A stretch of 64,000 nt of DNA from Flectobacillus sp. (GTDB taxonomy: Bacteria; Bacteroidota; Bacteroidia; Cytophagales; Spirosomataceae). The notes under the pieces were generated by a model. The model did no database searches and was not told where the DNA came from. It saw only the letters and a program-made list of their open reading frames with translations. The position numbers and the translations under genes are program-made. Below are positions 47,497 through 55,966 of this stretch, in pieces. Location: the NCBI RefSeq assembly GCF_049240685.1, contig NZ_JBMLSD010000409.1, positions 32-64,031 on the forward strand, in the 5' to 3' direction. Each line of letters begins with the position of its first letter. Positions within the stretch are counted from its first letter, which is position 1.

Positions 47497-47766
47497 TTAA
47501 TTTAACTTGGCTAAAACTCAGGGCAACCTATTTTAGGCAAGGACAAATTTTTAAATTAGTACTGTACGAAGGTTGAGCTTTATCATTAGAATAAAATTGG
47601 TGTAGCGGTAACTCTTGCAGTTACCTCATTCAAAATATAAAATATTTGTAAACAAAAGTTGACGCAAAGAACTCAGCACTCATACTTAATTCGTTTGTTC
47701 AGTTTTTCATAAAACACAATACCAAAGCTGATATCCGCAATCAGAAATCCAAAATCAATAATCAAA

Positions 47767-48987
47767 ATGTTATCGAATTCCAAAAACTATAAATGGCTTG
47801 TTGTAGCGCTACTTTGGGTGGTAGCATTGCTCAACTATCTCGACCGACAGATGCTTTCGACCATGAAAGCAAGTATGCAGGTATCGATTGTTGAGCTTCA
47901 GACTGCTACAAATTTTGGGCAATTAATGGCCATTTTTCTTTGGATATATGGGCTTATGAGTCCTATCTCAGGATTGGCTGCCGACCGTATTAATCGCAAA
48001 TGGATTATTGTCAGTAGCTTGTTTGTATGGTCTGCTGTGACATTATTGATGGGTTTTGCTCAAAATTTTCCTCAATTATTGGCTCTTCGGGCATTGATGG
48101 GCTTTAGCGAATCGTTGTATATTCCTGCCGCTTTGTCACTTATCGCCGATTACCATGACTCCAAAAGCCGTTCAATTGCCATTGGCATTCACATGACGGG
48201 CTTGTATATAGGTCAATCGCTTGGTGGATTTGGAGCAACGATTGCGGCATCTTTTTCATGGCAGGCAACTTTTCAATTATTTGGTTTTGTCGGTGTGGGA
48301 TACGCCCTTTTACTAATGGTTTTATTAAAAGAAAATCGAAAAAAAGTAGAAGAGAGTAGTGTTGAATTGTCAGAAAATCAGATAGTTAATAATTTGAAAA
48401 GCTTGTTTGGGAATACCGCTTTTATCTTGTTATTACTTTATTTTACGATTCCTAGTTTGTCAGGCTGGGGTATCAAAAATTGGCTTCCTACGCTATTTTC
48501 TCAAAGTCTCAATATTGATATGGCTCAGGCTGGTCCGCTGTCTACCATCACTATGGCTTTTTCCTCTTTAGTTGGCGTTCTTGCGGGGGGATATTTATCT
48601 GATCGATGGATACAAACGCATATTCGAGGACGAATTTTTGTGAGTGCTATTGGTTTGGGACTCACGATTCCTGCCTTGTTTTTACTCGGTTTTGGTACGG
48701 AAGTTTGGCATTTGGTAGGAGCTGCTATCTGTTTTGGGTTAGGATATGGCATGTTCGACGCCAACAATATGCCTATTCTTTGTCAAATCGTTTCCGAAAA
48801 ACAACGCGGTACTGCCTACGGACTTATGAATATGTGTGGGGTATTCGCAGGAGCATTGATTACCAATATTCTAGGAAAATCTACCGACCAAGGAAATCTA
48901 GGATATGATTTAGCGAGTTTGGGAGGCTTAGTTTTTATCGCTTTAGGGATTTTTCTAGCATTAATAAAACCCAAAATAGCAAAGTGA
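47767..48987 (+). CDS. MFS transporter (probable sialic acid/hexuronate-type permease)
   Basis: About 12 TM helices. MFS loop motif GLAADRINRKW. nan-locus context. Confidence 0.75.
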   Translation: MLSNSKNYKWLVVALLWVVALLNYLDRQMLSTMKASMQVSIVELQTATNFGQLMAIFLWIYGLMSPISGLAADRINRKWIIVSSLFVWSAVTLLMGFAQNFPQLLALRALMGFSESLYIPAALSLIADYHDSKSRSIAIGIHMTGLYIGQSLGGFGATIAASFSWQATFQLFGFVGVGYALLLMVLLKENRKKVEESSVELSENQIVNNLKSLFGNTAFILLLLYFTIPSLSGWGIKNWLPTLFSQSLNIDMAQAGPLSTITMAFSSLVGVLAGGYLSDRWIQTHIRGRIFVSAIGLGLTIPALFLLGFGTEVWHLVGAAICFGLGYGMFDANNMPILCQIVSEKQRGTAYGLMNMCGVFAGALITNILGKSTDQGNLGYDLASLGGLVFIALGIFLALIKPKIAK

Positions 48988-49100
48988 AAATTGGATAGTT
49001 ATGGACAAAGGGAAGAGCGGTTGATTACCTGATGTGTACATGCTTCATCAAGGTAAGGCTCTCCCTTTTCTTTCAATTTCTAAAAAATATACAATCCAAA

Positions 49101-50285
49101 ATGAACATCCAACGACTTACAACATTAAGAGATTTTTATCAAAAACAATTACTAGAAGATACCATACCCTTTTGGTTTCCTCGAAGTATAGATTGGGAAT
49201 ATGGCGGTTATCTGCTCATGAGAGATCAAGATGGATCGCTCATCGACGATGATAAAGCCGTTTGGATTCAGGGACGAGCCGCTTGGACACTTTCGACTTT
49301 GGTAAATACTTTTGGCGAAAATGAAATGTGGCTCAATGGTGCCAAAAACGGGATAGATTTTCTGAACAAACATTGCTTTGATACCGACGGACAGATGTTT
49401 TTTCATGTAACTCGGCAAGGCGAAGGTATTAGAAAACGTCGTTACTATTTCTCTGAAACTTTTGCTGTAATTGCTCACGCTGCTTATGCCAAAGCATCGG
49501 GTGATGAGGCTGCGGCTCAAAAAGCTCGTGAGTTATTTGGTAAATGTTTGGAGTACGCTACCAATCCAACCTTACTACCAGCAAAGTTTACGAATACGCG
49601 CCCAACACGAGGTATAGGTGTGCCGATGATTATGATGAATACCGCCCAGCAACTTCGTGAAACCATTGGTGATGAACGCTGTGATGTTTGGATTGAAACT
49701 TGGATTCAGCAAATAGAACAGTATTTTGTCAAAGACGATATTCGCTGTGTGATGGAAAGTGTGGCGCTCGATGGCAGTATTATCGACCATATCGACGGGC
49801 GTACTCTCAACCCTGGACATGCGATTGAAGGCGCTTGGTTTATTTTGCACGAAGCTCAATACCGTAACAACGACCCACATCTGATTGAATTAGGTTGTAA
49901 AATGCTCGATTATATGTGGGAAAGAGGTTGGGATAAAGAACATGGTGGTATTTTGTATTTTAGAGATGTTTACGACAAACCTGTACAAGAATATTGGCAA
50001 GATATGAAGTTTTGGTGGCCACATAACGAAACTATTATTGCCACTTTACTGGCGTACTTGATGACAGGAAATGAAAAATACGCACAGTGGCATCAAATGG
50101 TACATGACTATGCCTACCAGCACTTTCATGACCCTATTAATGGTGAATGGTTTGGGTATTTGCATCGTGATGGAAGTCTTGCGCAAACTGCCAAGGGTAA
50201 TTTGTTTAAAGGGCCTTTTCATTTACCTCGCCAAGAATGGTATTGTTATAAAATTTTGAATGAGTTTTTAGAAAAAAGAGGATAG
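49101..50285 (+). CDS. N-acylglucosamine 2-epimerase (AGE family)
   Basis: ATG at 49101 (MNIQRLTTLRDFYQ...) is preferred over the track start. The alpha/alpha-barrel family pattern is present (FWFPRSIDWEYGGY, GHAIEGAWF, WWPHNE). nan context. Confidence 0.75.
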   Translation: MNIQRLTTLRDFYQKQLLEDTIPFWFPRSIDWEYGGYLLMRDQDGSLIDDDKAVWIQGRAAWTLSTLVNTFGENEMWLNGAKNGIDFLNKHCFDTDGQMFFHVTRQGEGIRKRRYYFSETFAVIAHAAYAKASGDEAAAQKARELFGKCLEYATNPTLLPAKFTNTRPTRGIGVPMIMMNTAQQLRETIGDERCDVWIETWIQQIEQYFVKDDIRCVMESVALDGSIIDHIDGRTLNPGHAIEGAWFILHEAQYRNNDPHLIELGCKMLDYMWERGWDKEHGGILYFRDVYDKPVQEYWQDMKFWWPHNETIIATLLAYLMTGNEKYAQWHQMVHDYAYQHFHDPINGEWFGYLHRDGSLAQTAKGNLFKGPFHLPRQEWYCYKILNEFLEKRG

Positions 50286-50315
50286 AATATCAGCGTTAGA
50301 TATTTAACTATAACT

Positions 50316-51470
50316 ATGAAAAAAATACTAGTAATCATTCTAAGTGTCTTGTTGACAAGTCAATTGTGGGCACAAGTGCCTGTTTTTACCTCAGGACAAG
50401 AGGGGCATAAATCTTTTAGAATACCTGCCATAATCGGTTTACCTTCGGGCGAATTATTGGCTTTTGCCGAGGGAAGAGTCAACGGAAGTGGCGATTTTGG
50501 CGATATTAATATTGTCCTGAAACGTAGCAAAGACCAAGGAAAAACATGGGGTAATATCGAAGTTGCTATCAATTATGGTTCTCTTCAAGCGGGTAATCCT
50601 GCGCCAGTCGTTGACCTTACCGACCCAAAGTATCCGCAAGGACGTATTTTCTTGTTTTATAATACTGGAAATAACCACGAAGGTGAAATTCGGAAAGGCC
50701 ATGGAATTAGAGAAGTTTGGTTTGTGACCTCTGTTGATGCAGGTCACACGTGGTCGAAGCCTCAGAATATCACCACGCAAGTACATAGACCTAACCAACC
50801 GAAGATTAATCCTGCCTATCAGTTTCAGGAAGATTGGCGTTCGTATGCCAATACGCCTGGGCATGCTACACAGTTTTTGAAGGGCAAATACAAAGGGCGC
50901 ATCTTTGTGGCTGCCAATCACTCGCAGGGCGAACCACAGGCTCATTTTGTAGATTATTTTGCGCACGGGTTTTATAGCGATGACCATGGAAAAACTTTTC
51001 ATTTGAGCGAAACCATCAACATTGCAGGAGGGAATGAAGCTACAGCAGCTCCTTTGTCAGGCAATAAATTGATGTTTAATGCTCGTAATCAAAAAGGAGA
51101 TATTCGTCAGCGAATTGTAGCGATTAGTAACGATGGTGGACAACATTGGCACGATACCTATTTTGACCCAAACCTTCCAGATCCTGTATGTCAAGGAAGT
51201 ATTCTGAGTTTTACAGAAGGTAAAAAGACGATTCTTGCTTTTTGTAATGCCGCAGATACCAAAAATAGAGATAACCTCACTTTAAGAATTAGTTATGACG
51301 AAGGAAAAACGTGGGTGAAAAATTGGGTTATCGACAAAGCCGAAGCAGGGCATTCACGCGACAATGTCGCCTATTCGGATATTGTGCAAGTGGGAAAAGA
51401 CCAAATTGGAATTTTGTATGAAAAAGACAATTACAAACAAATCATTTTTCATACTGTGTCATGGAAGTAA
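50316..51470 (+). CDS. GH33 exo-alpha-sialidase
   Basis: Signal peptide and FRIP motif (FRIPAI). Five Asp-boxes: SKDQGKTW, SVDAGHTW, SDDHGKTF, SNDGGQHW, SYDEGKTW. Confidence 0.9.
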   Translation: MKKILVIILSVLLTSQLWAQVPVFTSGQEGHKSFRIPAIIGLPSGELLAFAEGRVNGSGDFGDINIVLKRSKDQGKTWGNIEVAINYGSLQAGNPAPVVDLTDPKYPQGRIFLFYNTGNNHEGEIRKGHGIREVWFVTSVDAGHTWSKPQNITTQVHRPNQPKINPAYQFQEDWRSYANTPGHATQFLKGKYKGRIFVAANHSQGEPQAHFVDYFAHGFYSDDHGKTFHLSETINIAGGNEATAAPLSGNKLMFNARNQKGDIRQRIVAISNDGGQHWHDTYFDPNLPDPVCQGSILSFTEGKKTILAFCNAADTKNRDNLTLRISYDEGKTWVKNWVIDKAEAGHSRDNVAYSDIVQVGKDQIGILYEKDNYKQIIFHTVSWK

Positions 51471-51534
51471 AAGTGATTGGCAAAATCCCGTGAAATGGAT
51501 GTTTACAGTTTTGCCATTTTTTGAGTAATCAATC

Positions 51535-53067
51535 ATGAAAAAATATCTTTTTACCAAATTGCTGTGCTTGAGTCAATTGGCGCAAGCACAGCTTGAATTA
51601 CCCGCTATTTTTAGCGATAATATGGTATTGCAGCAGAAAATGGCTATTCCTGTTTGGGGAAAATCATGTCGAGCTTGTGAGGTGAACGTTTCGTTTGATG
51701 GTTTTTCCCTAAAAACTAAAACAGATAAGAATGGTCATTGGAAAGCCAATATGCCTGCTCATACTGCGGGTGGTCCTTTTCAATTACTGGTTACCTCTCA
51801 AAAGCAGCGACTAGTTTTTCAAAATATTCTAGTGGGCGAAGTGTGGCTTTGTGCTGGTCAGTCCAATATGGAATTTCGTTTGGAACAAACCAAAAATGCT
51901 AAACAAGAAATATCTCAAGCAGATAATGTTCAAATTCGATTGTTTCGCATGACACCCCGTGCTGCGGCTCGTCCCTTGGCTAAGGTGGTATTTAGTGATA
52001 GTCTTTTGTCTGATTTACAAGCAGGTAAGTTTTATGAGCCTACGAACTGGCAACTATGTACGCCCGAAACGGCTGCTAAATTTTCAGCGGTGGGTTATTA
52101 TTTTGGTAAACAATTACAGCAAAAGCTCAATGTACCAATTGGGCTAATTTGTAATGCCGTTGGCGGTACTACTACCCAAGCTTATATCGATTCGGCAAGT
52201 TTGGCTTCGCATCCTCAATTACAGCAGTTTGTGGAGAAAGATTGGTTACAAAAAGCCCAAGATATTCATCCTTGGGTATTGGAGAGAAGCAATGAAAATT
52301 TGGCTCTTGTGTTACAAGATGCTACGCCCAATCGTAAATTATTACATCCATTTGCAGGTTCTTTTTTGTTTAATAATGGCATAAAACCTCTAGCGCCCTT
52401 TGCCATCAAAGGCGTGATTTGGTATCAGGGTGAATCCAATGCCACACATCCCGAAATTCACAAGCCTTTGTTTGAGGCTTTGGTAAAAAGCTGGCGAAAA
52501 ACATGGAATCAAGGGGATTTTCCTATTTATACAGTCCAGCTTCCTGCTATTGCTAATCGTTCTGGTTGGCCTGCTTTTCGTGCAAGTCAGTTTGAGTTGA
52601 GTCAAAAAATCAACAACGTTGGAATGGTTGTGAGCATCGACACAGGGGATTCCTTGGATGTTCACCCGACTGATAAAAAGCCTATTGGCGAGCGACTGAG
52701 TTTATTAGTTTTGGCCAAAACCTATCAGTTATCCCTTGATTATTCAGGACCTATTTTTAAAGAATATCAGCAAAAAGGAAATACTATTGAACTTAGTTTT
52801 GACTTTGCTAGACAACTGCAAACCAGTGATGGATTAAATCCCAGAGGCTTTATCTTACAAGGATTTAATCTAGGAGGAACAGAAGCATCTTTCTTTTATC
52901 CTGAAAAAATAACGCTCTTTTCTGATAAAATAATCCTTACCTTGCCTTCGGATAAACAGGTTACCCAAATCAATTATGCATGGCTTCCTAATCCAAAATG
53001 TAATATTGTCAACGAGGCTAATTTACCATTGATGCCATTTAAAATAGAATTAAATGGGAATTTTTAA
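51535..53067 (+). CDS. Sialate O-acetylesterase (SASA/DUF303 family)
   Basis: Signal peptide and GQSNM active-site motif (CAGQSNMEF). 510 aa, following the sialidase. Confidence 0.8.
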   Translation: MKKYLFTKLLCLSQLAQAQLELPAIFSDNMVLQQKMAIPVWGKSCRACEVNVSFDGFSLKTKTDKNGHWKANMPAHTAGGPFQLLVTSQKQRLVFQNILVGEVWLCAGQSNMEFRLEQTKNAKQEISQADNVQIRLFRMTPRAAARPLAKVVFSDSLLSDLQAGKFYEPTNWQLCTPETAAKFSAVGYYFGKQLQQKLNVPIGLICNAVGGTTTQAYIDSASLASHPQLQQFVEKDWLQKAQDIHPWVLERSNENLALVLQDATPNRKLLHPFAGSFLFNNGIKPLAPFAIKGVIWYQGESNATHPEIHKPLFEALVKSWRKTWNQGDFPIYTVQLPAIANRSGWPAFRASQFELSQKINNVGMVVSIDTGDSLDVHPTDKKPIGERLSLLVLAKTYQLSLDYSGPIFKEYQQKGNTIELSFDFARQLQTSDGLNPRGFILQGFNLGGTEASFFYPEKITLFSDKIILTLPSDKQVTQINYAWLPNPKCNIVNEANLPLMPFKIELNGNF

Positions 53068-53108
53068 AACGGATTTTACGATAAACGAACATATTTAACA
53101 TTTCATCT

Positions 53109-53792
53109 ATGAAAATCAGATTTGCAATAGGCTGTGTATTCGGCCTATTTTTTGCCTTTATGGCACAGGCTCAACAAGTAAAGTATCGTTTTCCAGATTC
53201 TTTATTTTCAACCTATTACCATCAAAGAGTAGCTCTTTTTAAAGTTTTGCCCAAAACCTCAAAAGATATCATTATGTTGGGCAATAGTATTACCGACGGC
53301 GGAGAATGGGCTGAAATGTTTCAAAATCCTCATATTAAAAACAGAGGTATCAGTGGCGATATTAGCGCAGGAGTATTGAACAGGATCGATGAAGTAGCTG
53401 AAAGAAAGCCAGCCAAAGTATTTTTGTTAATAGGCACAAATGATTTGGCAAGAGGTATTTCACCTGATAGTGTGGCCAAAAATATTCGTCAGATTGTGGC
53501 AATTTTGCATGAAACATCGCCTAAAACGCAGATTTTTGTACAAAGTATTTTTCCTGTGAATGAATCTTTCAAGAAATTCGGGGGGCATACTAGCAAAAAA
53601 GCTGAAATCATTCAAGTAAATCAGTCTTTGAAAAGTTTGAGCGAATCAATACCATTTGTCTACGTTGATGTATATACAAGTTTGGTAGACGAAACAGGTC
53701 GCATGAATCCAAAATTTACCAATGATGGACTTCATTTGTTAGGAGAGGGATATTTAGCATGGAAAAAAGTGATAGAAAAGTATCTCAAGTAG
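53109..53792 (+). CDS. SGNH/GDSL-family esterase
   Basis: Block I LGNSITDGG, block III GTNDL, block V DGLHL. Signal peptide present. Confidence 0.8.
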   Translation: MKIRFAIGCVFGLFFAFMAQAQQVKYRFPDSLFSTYYHQRVALFKVLPKTSKDIIMLGNSITDGGEWAEMFQNPHIKNRGISGDISAGVLNRIDEVAERKPAKVFLLIGTNDLARGISPDSVAKNIRQIVAILHETSPKTQIFVQSIFPVNESFKKFGGHTSKKAEIIQVNQSLKSLSESIPFVYVDVYTSLVDETGRMNPKFTNDGLHLLGEGYLAWKKVIEKYLK

Positions 53793-53814
53793 AAATTAAT
53801 AATAGCTCATTTAT

Positions 53815-54456
53815 ATGTTGTCCGAAGAGAAAATTTATAACTATCTAAATAAACGTTGTGTACCTCAACATCCCGATTTTATATTGGTATTGGGAAGCAG
53901 TGATATGCGTGTACCGAAGTTTGCGGCTGAATATTTTTTACAAAATCCTGTAAGTTATATCGTCGTTTCAGGTGGTTTGGGAAAAGTCACCAATGAAATC
54001 TGGACGGAGACAGAAGCACAAAAGTTTTCCCAAGTCATGATAGATTTGGGCGTTCCATCTGAGAAAATTTATTTAGAAGAAAAGGCCTCTAACACAGGTG
54101 AAAATATACTTTTTTCCAAAAAAATTATCGAACAATATGACTTACCGTATCGTGAAGGTTTATTAATAGCCAAACCTTATATGACTCGCCGAGCTTATAA
54201 TACTGCTTCCCAACAGTGGACTGAGGTAAAATGGTCGACCGCAGCCGAACCACTGACTTATCATGAATATTTAGAATTGGTAGACGATCAAGAAACCTTT
54301 ATTCACTTGATTGTCGGTGATTTGCAACGTATAAAAGTATATGGAGAATTGGGCTTTCAAATTCCAGAACAAGTTCCTGAAGATGTTTGGTCTGCATTTG
54401 AAGAGTTAGTCAAAAGAGGGTATAATCGATATGTTTTCCGTCAAGAAAGTAGGTGA
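53815..54456 (+). CDS. DUF218 (YdcF/ElyC/SanA-like) protein
   Basis: FILVLGSSD...VVSGG...NTGENILFS matches the DUF218 pattern. Confidence 0.6.
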   Translation: MLSEEKIYNYLNKRCVPQHPDFILVLGSSDMRVPKFAAEYFLQNPVSYIVVSGGLGKVTNEIWTETEAQKFSQVMIDLGVPSEKIYLEEKASNTGENILFSKKIIEQYDLPYREGLLIAKPYMTRRAYNTASQQWTEVKWSTAAEPLTYHEYLELVDDQETFIHLIVGDLQRIKVYGELGFQIPEQVPEDVWSAFEELVKRGYNRYVFRQESR

Positions 54457-54715
54457 ATTATGTAACATTACTACCAAACTTCACCAGTAATGGAATGACA
54501 ATAAAGTGGTTAGTCTCTTTTCCTTTTCTGATGACTTTATCGAAAACTGCTTTTACTTTTTGACTCCTACTGCAAGACAGATTGGATTAAAGTCGAGTTC
54601 TCTTGAAATATCGCTGAATGAAAAGCTCAAATCGGCATCGATTCGTTTCTTAATAAGCCAAGAGTGAGAATTTTGGTTATTAGAAATTTGTAGAATAAAA
54701 TATAATGGCTATGGC

Positions 54716-54916
54716 ATGCTAAGAATAAAAAACGCTGAATTGATAAACCAACTCATTGACCAGGTGTATCAGTTCAGCAGAATGTACTGGAAGAGTGTAA
54801 GCCAGCAGAACCTGCCGGTTACGATCAAGTACCCCGAAATGGTGGCCGAGATTTTCCCTCATTTCCAACACGATAAACTACCCGACTTTGGCAGGGAAAG
54901 CCTTTGGTTCTTATAA
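54716..54916 (+). pseudogene. Possible C-terminal remnant of a prokaryotic Argonaute (PIWI end)
   Basis: The 66-aa ORF contains ...YWKSVSQQNLPVTIKYPEMVAEI... and ends ...SLWFL. This resembles the conserved PIWI C-terminal block (LP-x-T-x-x-Y-x-x-x-A) and the hydrophobic ...FL terminus of long pAgos. Stops lie upstream, so it is a fragment only. The call is from memory of the family, not from a search. Confidence 0.35.
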
Positions 54917-54929
54917 AATATTTTATTTT

Positions 54930-55811
54930 ATGAAACATAAGTTTAGTAAATATCTAAATCAGCCTTATCCATTTTCTGTACTAGAAAATAACACGAAAAG
55001 GAACATATTTTTTTCTCTTTTTGTTACTGCCTTTTTGTTAATTTTTAAACCCTTTGGTTTATCTGTTTACGGATATGAACGCAGTTATATCATTATAGGT
55101 TACGGGCTTATCATTTGGCTAACATTGCTTTTTACTGATTTTATTGCTTATAGATTTTTTAAAAGTATTTTTTCTGAAAAAAAATGGACAGTAGCATCCC
55201 AGATCATTTGGGCTATAACGCAATTATGTATCATTGGTATTACCTGTTTTTCTTATGCTATTGCAATTGATGCATTTCCCCAAAATATATCGAGCTTTCT
55301 TAAAATAGAGTCTTATGTTCTATTGTGTTCCATAATCCCAATAATTATTATTGTACTAGTAAAACAAAACTACTTGCTTCGTCAAAATTCTCAAGAAGCT
55401 CTAATATTGGATAATGAATTACATCAAAGCAAAAATGCAAATAGTGAATATCAAGAGTCCAATAAAATTGTTTTTACTGGCGATAATCAGAATGAGCAGT
55501 TGGCACTCAACTCAGATGATATAGTTTATATTACCTCACAAGACAATTATTTTGAAATAGTTTGGCAGGAAAACGATAAAGTAAAAAAACAACTTTTTCG
55601 AGGTACACTTTCTAAAGCTGAGGAAACGGTACAATCATTCCCCTTTTTATTTCGTAGTCATAGAGCTTATATCGTTAACCTCAAAAAAGTAGCATCCATA
55701 GACGGAAATGCTCAGGGATATCGTCTTAAATTAAATGTTACTTCTGAGGTTGTTCCCGTTTCCCGCAGTAAAGGGCCATCCTTATATCAGCTTTTACAAA
55801 CGATTACTTAG
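54930..55811 (+). CDS. Membrane-anchored LytTR-domain DNA-binding protein
   Basis: N-terminal TM helices. C-terminal LytTR pattern: IVYITSQDNYFEIVW...FRSHRAYIVNLKKVASIDGNAQGYRLKL. ATG at 54930 is preferred. Confidence 0.75.
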   Translation: MKHKFSKYLNQPYPFSVLENNTKRNIFFSLFVTAFLLIFKPFGLSVYGYERSYIIIGYGLIIWLTLLFTDFIAYRFFKSIFSEKKWTVASQIIWAITQLCIIGITCFSYAIAIDAFPQNISSFLKIESYVLLCSIIPIIIIVLVKQNYLLRQNSQEALILDNELHQSKNANSEYQESNKIVFTGDNQNEQLALNSDDIVYITSQDNYFEIVWQENDKVKKQLFRGTLSKAEETVQSFPFLFRSHRAYIVNLKKVASIDGNAQGYRLKLNVTSEVVPVSRSKGPSLYQLLQTIT

Positions 55812-55966
55812 TCAAATCGTGCAATTCATCCCTGTATGTTTGTATTCCATCCCAATGCTTGTAATTCATCCCAAATTATTGATAATCAACCCTCTAATTT
55901 GGATACCCCTAAGAGGGCAAAATATTTTTGCATCGTAATCATTCGTCAACTTAAAAAGTTTACGCC

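Larger units (their letters stand above)
46122..47545 (+). mobile_element. IS3-family insertion sequence (1424 bp), inactivated
   Basis: Perfect 26-bp terminal inverted repeats: TGTCCTTGCCTAAAATAGGTTGCCCT at 46122-46147 and its complement at 47520-47545 (TG...CA ends). OrfA/OrfB organisation with an A8 slippery run. Confidence 0.9.
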
